Assembly: GCF_001194135.2 (NCBI RefSeq)
Contig: NC_068989.1
Coordinates: 60,816,824-60,880,823, forward strand
Direction of reading: 5' to 3'
DNA length: 64,000 bases
Origin: Octopus bimaculoides
Lineage: Eukaryota
Below are positions 53,767 through 64,000 of the stretch, one piece after another. The position numbers were made by a program, and so were the translations under genes. The stretch's first letter is position 1; each line of letters starts with the position of its first letter. The notes under the pieces were generated by a model. The model saw nothing but the letters and a program-made list of their open reading frames with translations. It searched no databases and was not told the origin of the DNA.

Positions 53767-55460
53767 AAATGAATTACTAAAACATGTCAATCGACTAAAA
53801 AGTATGAACTGACTAAAAAAGTTTTTTTACCCATCAACCAAAAATATATTACAGTAGTTCGTTTAAAAAAAACAATCCATGGAAAGTCGTGGTGTAAGGA
53901 GCATAAGAGAGTTCCACAAAAATGTTGGTAAAAAAACGCGATCCGTTTGCGAGTTAATGCGCACCTCGGCAATGACCCCCTCATCAAGATGAACGGAATT
54001 TCACAATCAAGTCGTTCAACAGAGTTATAATACCGGTGCGAAAATTTATTTATAAGATGCTACCTATAGCAGGGCCATTCCAATATTTCTAACAAATTAA
54101 ATTATTTTATTTTATTTTAAGGCTAAACATGTGAGTGGCTGTTAATCGTAGGAAATTTCCTATCCGGTATCGAAACCCAGTAAGCAATCTAAATGTTATC
54201 TACTACAGCTAACCTCACTTGTATATACTTTCAGAAAAATAGCAGAAATTTATTTAATCTTTTAGACCCAAAGACCTAAGGATGGCAAGAGATTCCCTTA
54301 TACACAACTTATTAATATTAACACTAAAATGATGGACCCTCCCGATTATAGACCATTCAAGACAATAACTTTTATTATTCATCTTTAAACCATGTATATA
54401 ATAAACAGGTGTAGAGTTATAATATTTTTTGTTCGAAAACGAATTCATGTGGACTCTGTACTTCACCTTACAATTGACAGTACTGCCTCTATAAAACCTA
54501 TCCAAATTGCCTTTCTGTTTAACTACAGATTCATAAATAACATTTGTAGTCAAACAGAATCCGTCAAGGGGAAACCTAGGGTTTCTACAATTACAGGATT
54601 TACCAGAACCACCTTTATCCCTGTTACTTGACAGGCCTTTCTATATATCTTGTATTTTATATGTACATATATATTTTTTACCTGCTGTGCTTTTATATAT
54701 GCATTTCTTTTATATGTTGTAGGACATGGTAATGTGCATATATTATGAAATAAATGGAAGCGTAGTGTTATATGAAGTCGTTGACCCAAATTTGATGTTT
54801 GTTCTCTAATCAATGTTACACACACATGTGTGTGCGTGCGTGTGTGTGTGTATGTATATATATATGTTTAAATATAACAACACACACACAGACACACACA
54901 GGCACACATATATGTACTCGTTATACATACAAACATACATACATATATATACGTACATCCTGAACTCAACACTAGGGCATAGCCGTTTCCACACAGTACA
55001 TATATTCAACAGCATTAGTCTTTTTTGGCTAGCAGTCTTTGTTCACTACCCAAACATCACGAATAAAATTGTAAACACCTGACAAAATGCAGCACACAGT
55101 TCTGGGGGGCATCACTATAGCAGTATATCTTCCCATGTATTGAACTAAAATTAAAGTTTAGTTTGGTAGTAGATGCGCACATGTTTGAAAATTTTGGACA
55201 GCGTTGTTCCAATAATTGTGCTGGTGATGCAAACATATAAGCATTCCTTGTACGTCTCCTGATATGTGGGAGCTCTCGACAGACATATCCGCTTCTAAAA
55301 AAGTAATGCGACCACGGACGGTGCAAGAAGGATTGCATTTGATCATTTACTTTTGAGATTTAATCTCGTACATTTTATAAGCATTCATTTTCGCAATGAG
55401 ACAGGGAATCAGAATTTTCGTCGAACTGTCAGGAGCGTTTCCTGTTTGTATACTGTCATC

Positions 55461-55550
55461 ATGTTTAGTGTGAAACGCTTCCAAAAAGACAAAGTCACGT
55501 GGTTGTTTCTTTTGTGCAACCTGCTGAAAATTTATTTTGGTTTGTGCTGG
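55461..55550 (+). CDS. Candidate first coding exon (signal-peptide-like)
   Basis: ATC-ATG start, [30 protein letters not shown], consensus donor TGG|GTAAGT, in a CpG-richer segment. No downstream exon linked. Confidence 0.25.
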
Positions 55551-55673
55551 GTAAGTTTACCAAGAATTAATTCCTCGTAAACCCGAACATATCTAACCAT
55601 CCTGCTGGTTAGAAGAGCTTTCTTTCTGAGGCAGCCCATCTTTCCCAACACCCGTAAACAAACACAGCCCGAG

Positions 55674-55735
<62 letters not shown>

Positions 55736-56689
55736 CCGATATATATTTATATATATATATATGCGTGTGTGTATGTGTGTGAGTGTTTGTGTGTGTGTGT
55801 ATGTGTGAATGTACAAAACAATATACACTATCTTTTAGGTGGGTTTGTGGTCGAATATGTATATGGAGTAGACAACTACAGATTTACTGACTTATTTTTT
55901 CTAATTCTTCCAAAAATGCATTTAAAAATAGATGGTAATAAATTAACTTTAAATAGAGGCTCATTCAATTCAAGAATGGGGTCAGTTTTTTTCTCACGAG
56001 AGAGAAGTAGCTTAAATCTTTCAAAGAAGGAAAAGAAAATGTTCTGAAAAAGAATAAGTTCTGAAATGGTCAGTCTTCATCCCTTTATCACTCAATTGTC
56101 TCTAAATGCTTCATTTTATTCTTCATTTTATTATGCAGAAATTTTGCATTTTCTTCCTTCTCATCTGAGCAGTAAGATAGAAGGGTAAATTATAGTCAAT
56201 CTAAACCTTTTGTTTCTTTTAGTTATTCCTTTATGAATGTACTTTGTATTGTGATCGTATTTGTATTTTCTCTGCCAGTGTATCTATGGGTTTAGATTTG
56301 CCTTGCGATATGCATTTTCACACTAAGTGAAATTAAAAGAGTATCTAACGAAGGAGGTATTTACACAATTACCTCACGAGGCGCATTTTATACCTTTGAT
56401 CTATGATAATGATCACACATCACTTCGCGAATATACAGCAGGTGTAAAAATGTGTCAAAACAATCGTAGTGTTTTAAATGAAGAACGTCGGTTATTCAGC
56501 TTTCTGTTAGTTATATATCTATATAAGCTCTACAGGTACTATGTAGTTTCTGATATATATTCAATAACATTTGCACTATATGATGCATTATGTAACCAAT
56601 AACTGCGGACGAACATTGCATGACATTCTACAAGTTTTTCATCCGAAAATTATATACATATATACATACATCATACGTACCTATATACA

Positions 56690-56750
<61 letters not shown>

Positions 56751-56821
56751 CACACATATATATATATACATACATCATACATACATTTATATACATATAC
56801 GTATATATGTATGCATGTGTA

Positions 56822-56868
<47 letters not shown>

Positions 56869-57092
56869 ATATATATATATGTATATATGCATACATATTT
56901 AAGTATATGTATGTGTGTGTATGTATGCACGCATCTATTTTTGTACCTATATAAATGAATTTATACGGAAGTCATCTCGTGTCTGTATATGCTAGCTATA
57001 AATACATATGCCTCAGTACGTTGATAAAATCTCTTACACACACAAATGCATATGTACACTAACACATACACACACACGTATATGTATGTATG

Positions 57093-57131
<39 letters not shown>

Positions 57132-58316
57132 ATAACAGGAATCTATACTTTAAAATGTACCATCTCATATGTTGTAAAATAATTTAAAAATTGCTACGGT
57201 TCATGCTTGATTTACTTGTGGTCTCTCGAGTAAAACTATGTAGACATATTTGTTTTATTTCTCAATAGCAACATTTTCATCTCTCCTATATGATTTGAGA
57301 AAATGTATTCATTCGTATATAATCCCATGCTATCAATGATAAATTTAAATTTAAATATATCTCGTAAAATTGAGTGACGTATGCTTTATATATCACCATG
57401 ATTTTGCATTCAACAATCTAAATTTCTCTTACGCTTTGTACAATTGTGAGAATGAATATTGCATATATTGTACAATCCCTACCCCACATCTATATGAAAG
57501 ACTATACGTGCATATTATTATTATTGGCGCTTGTTGATGCTGTTACCTGCCGATGTATCTGACTGAAATGTAATCAGTAATGGAGTGTCTCCTAGCATTG
57601 CAATAGCAGCAAGCAAGCTAGCTACTTTCTAAACAGTTCAAACGCTATAGTAAATATGCTCCGTTATATCTTTACCTTTCCGTCCCCCACTGCTCCACGT
57701 TTACTTTTTCCCCTCCCATATTCAGATTTGCAGTCTTTGTTTCACTCACTACTTCCAATCATTAATACAAGTAAACACTCATCTCTCTCTGTCAAAGTGA
57801 ACTACATGAACGTTAGAATTCTGTTTTTCCTCATGAAATTTAATCTAATGTTTGAAACTTATTATATAACTGTTTACTGAAGCGGACCATAACTAGTTTC
57901 CTCAGGTTCTACAGTTTCATCCCTTTCATTGCTGTATCAAAAACGAACATTATCCGACAATAACCTTTCTATGAATAGCTACCTATGACAATGACATTAC
58001 AAAACATGTACTGCATTTATCTCCTTTCAAGTACTAGCACGAAGCACAATAATATATAAGTTCCACCAACAGGTTGATCAATTATCCTGCTACGGTAGTT
58101 TAGAGAAGCAAAATGATAATGATCAAGGGAAGAATTCAGTATAAATCAGAATCCTTCAGCCACAAACAGTACAACAATGGTGCGACGTAATATAAAACTT
58201 CTTTACGCCAAAAATAATCCAGAATAATAAAGTACGTACTACACTTTGGCGATTACATCAAATCTACCGCAGGCATTACGTTCCACTCACGACACTTAAA
58301 TGTCACAATCACTTAC

Positions 58317-58357
58317 CATGCCATTTTCATAATTTTCTTGGATCAGTGCCCAGTTAT
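58317..58357 (-). CDS. Candidate small internal exon
   Basis: Pyrimidine tract and AAG acceptor, 41 nt reading (D)NWALIQENYENGM, donor ATG|GTAAGT. Confidence 0.2.
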
Positions 58358-58486
58358 CTTCATAAAGAAATCGTATAGCGTTGGTGAAATAGAAGAAGAA
58401 AGCGAAAAATTGATATAAACAACTTTATATATGTCGTTCGATATTTACGTATATATATATATATATATACACATGTATCATTTGTC

Positions 58487-58733
58487 GCACTCCGTCGGTT
58501 ACGACGACGAGAGTTCCAGTTGATCCGATCAACGGAACGGCTTGCTCTTGAAATTAACGTGCAAGTGGCTGAGCACTCCACAGACATGTGTACCATTAAC
58601 GTAGTTCTCGGGGAGATTCAGCGTGACACATAGTGTGACAAGGCTGGCCCTTTGAAATACAGGCACAATAGAAAACGGAAGAAAGAGTGAGAGGAAGCTG
58701 TGGTGAAAGTGTACAGCAGGGTTCGCCACCATC
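58487..58733 (-). mobile_element. SINE family A, head lost in gap
   Basis: Reverse-complement match to 715-943. Confidence 0.9.
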
Positions 58734-60895
58734 NNNNNNNNNNNNNNNNNNNNNNNNNNNNNNNNNNNNNNNNNNNNNNNNNNNNNNNNNNNNNNNNNNN
58801 NNNNNNNNNNNNNNNNNNNNNNNNNNNNNNNNNNNNNNNNNNNNNNNNNNNNNNNNNNNNNNNNNNNNNNNNNNNNNNNNNNNNNNNNNNNNNNNNNNNN
58901 NNNNNNNNNNNNNNNNNNNNNNNNNNNNNNNNNNNNNNNNNNNNNNNNNNNNNNNNNNTATATATACATATTAGCTATCCATCCATCCATCCATCCATCC
59001 ATCTATCTATCTATCTATCTCTCTATCTATCTATCTATTTCAACGTAGTTCTTTTTCTACAATTTTCATCACCTTTCTACTATTCAACGCCTATAATATT
59101 TTTCAATACATATGTTCCTATCATCACGTTGGAGGAATTTACTTCATAAATTGACTATATATCACAAGAACATTCCTACTATTGCCGAATATTTGACACA
59201 TCATTTATTTTCCTGTGAAAACTACACATTTTACTCGCCCGTTTGGTTTTGCCATCTGTAGCAAATCCATCGCCTCTCCTGTAGATATTTTCATCCAATA
59301 ACTCAACTGAAATCGTTTTTTTTTTTTTTTGGTATAAATTCTTCTACACACGAAAGTCCGTAAATTCTTTGGCAGAATCCCTACCGACTCTACACTCCTC
59401 CACCTCTGTAAATGCACTCAGACCTCCCTCACTCATCACATATAAATAGCCACATCATGTTCTTTTACAGCTGTATTCTAAAGTAACCACTCTGATGTCG
59501 CTTCTCTCCACTCCGCTGACGCATTTGAATGTAAAACAACTCACATACTCAAAATTATTTCATTAAACACTCTGCATTAGATATAAACATCACTCCTTTC
59601 ACATGATATTATTTCTCTCGCTTTTATTTTTACTCTTTGTGATATTGACGAAGTGTACAGTTCTATTTTGTCTATTCAAATGCTAATCACATAGTTTAGT
59701 ATATTAATTACTTGTTTTGAGGTGGAGGGATGGTTCTTCAGAGCCATCGGTCTTACAATTTTCGTTTTATTTACAACTCTGACACTAATGAATTAATGAA
59801 GAGAAAATGACAGGTCATTTGGGAAAAGAAAACCTGCCACCGCTTTCTACTGAATAACGCACTTACTCAAAGTACTCACAAAAGAATCTTTCTTTCCTAT
59901 CATTCCAAGCTCATTCACACACATACATGGTCAGGCGCACACACTCACAAGCGCGTATCATAAGAACCATTGTTCAACCCTGACAAACCTATCCCGGTTG
60001 CAACAAAATAGAATTTTCAGAGTAACCTGTAACCAAATCTGTTTGATGGAGCGACAACCATTCACCAATAAAGATTTTATAAAATACCATTTTATCTAAA
60101 GTAATGCATGGCTATATTAAATATATTTTGATTATAAAGCAAATATTTAATCACAATATATTAAAAATTGATTAAATTATAACCAATACCTTAAAAAATT
60201 AATACGCAACTCTCTACTATAAATTGCTCGGTGGAATAGGATTGCAAGGAAGTATTTAGCTTTGTTACAGACTTATTTAATGAAGTATGCAAAAAGCCAT
60301 TAGCTTTGATTAAAACTGACATCGAAGATTTAATTAAATTATTAGGGGGAAATTGTTGTATCTTAGTTTAAAACAAATGTTGAAACGCCTGAGAATACAC
60401 TTTTAAACAAGCAGTAATAAAATACAATGAATATTATAATGGTAACTTCCCTGAATTTTTTTCAATAAATATGTTTTGTTGTCGTTTAATAAATTATCAC
60501 TGCACTCTACCATTTAATTCCTCAGTATTGTAGACAGCACGACAGAACTGTTGAACAAATTTACTAATAACATAAGTCTATTTATACATTCGTAATTACT
60601 TCTTATATATTTAGAGTTTGTTCTTGTAATCATGCTGCTCTCATTACTATGACTACCATATTTACAGAACGTCATTGTTTAAAAAGTAAGTCCACACTAG
60701 AGTACAAATACTGTATGTCGAAGAGTGAACTGTGTAGATGTTGACAGGAAACAACTTCGATTTCATTTGGAAGCAAAATAACTTAGTTGACACTAAAAAC
60801 GTTTGTGGAAGGTAATGACCTACGATACTGTCATAGAAATTGCAAATTGTATTGAGAGAAAAAGGTAACAGTACGCACACAAACACACAAACACA

Positions 60896-60938
<43 letters not shown>

Positions 60939-62334
60939 TTAATACGGTAAGAACGAATTTTATTAAATCATGTTATGTTGATTGTACGTGTATGGACTTT
61001 TATCTCAATGTTTGTGTTTGGGAAATTCATCGTTACCACTTAAATTCACAAGCATAAGTATGTTCTTTATTAGTTTATTATTTATTATCCTCTTATGAGC
61101 TACGAACTGAGAGAATCGATAGAACGTCGGAAAAATTTCTTATACTGCTTTTTAGGTATCTTAGCATTCTAACTTAAATACTGCTGGGTTCAACAATCTA
61201 TTTGAAGCCTTAAGGCCCGATAAAATAAACTATAAGTTATCTATTTGCGTCAATGTACACGTATACACTCCCTCTCAAAATTGCTTTACTTGTGTCTAAA
61301 TTAGTAAAATGATTTTTCTTCTAAGTATCAAACGTTTTAGACACTTAACTGTAATCATTCCACTTATCGCACTATATCTCTCTTAAAACTATTGTTCCTT
61401 CTGCTTTATCGACTTCATATTTGCATGCTTTTTCTTTTGTTGATGTAAGTTGTTGCATGTATAATGCCACGCATGTTTCTTTTGACATATACATACATGA
61501 GTTATCTTAGCATATGTTTGTTGGTCGTGGTGTTGTCGTTACCATGTATACAGTTAGATCAGCTCTATGGAAGCAACGGTCATAACATTCCAGTCAAGAA
61601 CATACCGTTATATTGTCAGATTAAATGACCTTACATTTATAAGGTGTTAATTTGTTGTTTGATGGTGGCAATAGAGCTGCTATTTCTCCCAGATCATGCA
61701 ACCATTTCGATGCTCTCCCTCTTTTAATTTCATTCTTTCTTGTTTGGGTAATAGCGATATTAGTGGCAATGTGAGTGTGAAAACGGTGGTGTGAGATTCT
61801 GTGTAGTTTTATTTGTAAGTTACTTTCATTTTTCCACCGGTTTTTTTTTTTGTCGCTATCTCCTTGGTGACGCGAGTGTTATCTTAATCATATTATAATG
61901 GCTCACAGTCGATAAGTTTGGGTTGGGAAAGGACTTAGAACAATGTTTCTCCATCAATCAAGTCAGCAGATGTATTTGAGAGATCCAGTTTTATAGTCAT
62001 CCATAGAAGGACGATTTATCACATCCCTCCCTCCACCTATTGTTTCTACTCACCTTCCATCTCTTTGATTTTCTATTGATTAGCTGTAGCTCATACAGGG
62101 TCAAGATGACTTAGTTGTAAAGGCTTAGCATTTGCCTTTAAATTGTTTTCCCTTCTGAAAATTCATCAGATTAATCGGAAATATTATGTTAGAAATCAGT
62201 ATACATGTAAAAAAAATACATCTCTAATGTATTCAGTAACATATGAATATATATTGCTTTCATTACATAACTATTATATCAGAATTACTCTGTATACGTG
62301 CACACACACAAACACACACATATGGGCACCAAAA

Positions 62335-62436
62335 TGCCAGTGGAGTTAGGAAACCCGCTTTATAATCATGCAATTTCAAGTTTAGTTCCACAGCGCAGCA
62401 CCTTGGGTGAGTGATTGTTACTAGAGCCCTGGTCCG
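62335..62436 (+). mobile_element. Degenerate SINE family C head
   Basis: GTTCCACAGCGCAGCACCTTGGGTGAGTG resembles the CORE-like segment. Confidence 0.5.
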
Positions 62437-62451
62437 TCCAGTGTGAACTTG

Positions 62452-62506
<55 letters not shown>

Positions 62507-63251
62507 GTCTTCGTCTTCGCTAATCGTGCCTTGCGGACATTTATTGTGGTTTTGGAGTCAGGATTTGACTGCTATTTTTTCAGCGTGGTGGTATCTCTTG
62601 ATACCCTGTATTATAATTTTATATAAAGACATAGACAGATAGATAAATAGCTAGCTGGCTAAAGAGATACCACCCTCCATTTTATCCTGATACATAGGTA
62701 TTAACCCTAATATATGGAGATATAAAGTAAAGCGTGGAGTGTTCTTGTTTTCCAAGGATCTGTTACCATTCTTTTCTGTATCAAGTTTTAAGCTATTTTA
62801 TTAAATATCAGAGGACGCTTTATTCGAACCACACTACGCTAACAATACACACAAACACTCATGTGTATGTCTATGTAAATGCTTGCATGTATGTATAAAT
62901 ACATATCTATAAGCATATGTACACACGCAAAAACACGCATGCACTTATTTCTGTAATATATGTTTATAATCATATCTATCTTCAATTTCCTGGATGTTGT
63001 GAGCAAACTATTCATGCGAGATGAATCTCTATAACCCTTAGCATAATGAACGTGAATAATACTTCCTAGTGTATGTTTCATACTGTTTCACAAGAATTTC
63101 TGAAGTACTGATAAAAAAGAAAAGGATTAAAAGTAGTATAGAAAACATCATTACAACTTGCTGACAAGATTGTTTTATATTGCGTTTTCGAGGCTGCCAG
63201 CCACTGATTGATGTTTTAACTTCACACCGTGATGTAGTAGAAATAGTAACG

Positions 63252-63283
<32 letters not shown>

Positions 63284-63411
63284 CACTATCGTCTCATATA
63301 TATTATCATCGCAAGGAAACCTTTTAGCTGTTGCTCTGCAAAATAAATCCTAAACACAGACTAAACAACAACGGAGGACTTAGATACAGTAACAACACCA
63401 GCAGTTGATAT

Positions 63412-63442
<31 letters not shown>

Positions 63443-63789
63443 GTAGCGCCTACTATTTTCTGATATTTATATACTCTCTGTGGTAATAAAACAATCCATT
63501 CTGTGAAAAGTCCCAATCGAAGAATGTTACGCAGTGTCGCATTTACGATTCTAGAATTAAGAATGTTCAATAGAATTGCTTAATCACTTGCATGTAGACA
63601 AACATATCAGAAAATAACGTATGTTCATTGCATTAACGCTGAACATATGTTCTCCCATTTTATACCGAAACATATCGTACACACAAACGGCATTAAATAA
63701 AAAAAAAAAGAATTGATTACTTCTCGGAATTCATTTTTGCGATGCCATTCTAATTCTATTGACAGCAAGCAAATCTTTCTGATTATAAA

Positions 63790-63950
63790 GACATATACAT
63801 ATGTGCATACACACACACACATACACACACACACACATACACGCGCACACACACACACACACACACACGAACACGCACACACACACACACACACGCACAC
63901 ACACGCACGCACACACACACACACGCACACACACGCACGCACACATCTAC
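63790..63950. repeat. Imperfect (CA)n/(CACG)n microsatellite
   Basis: Direct reading. Confidence 0.95.
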
Positions 63951-64000
63951 ATATAGTATGTATATATGTATACAGGCATACCTCACCGTGGTCCGTTAAT

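Noticed and set aside
57400-57700. CCYLP and FLNSS TM6/TM7-like peptides
   Set aside because: Different frames and short matches; illustrates the false-positive risk of by-eye motif reading.

Overview
AT-rich, repeat-dense eukaryotic genomic DNA, most likely an octopod cephalopod (inferred from the SINE families and extreme microsatellite density). It comes from a short-read scaffold with 14 N-gaps, most flanked by simple repeats. No intact protein-coding gene, rRNA, true tRNA or CRISPR array is supported, and most long ORFs in the track are artefacts of microsatellites or N-runs. Supported content: (i) about 15 copies of three tRNA-related SINE families plus one head-swapped chimera; (ii) decayed retroelements (R4/Dong-type LINE, RTE-type LINE, Penelope-like RT fragment and Penelope-like termini); (iii) several Tc1/mariner derivatives, including a two-left-end fold-back element and a TA-flanked 1.3-kb long-TIR element containing a 173-bp palindrome; (iv) hammerhead ribozyme motifs, the best being a nearly complete type I hammerhead at 31841-31914; (v) tentative, heavily decayed single-exon class A GPCR relics and a few orphan exon candidates, all low confidence. 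Alignments and folds were done by eye, so approximate identities and decayed-element boundaries need computational confirmation.
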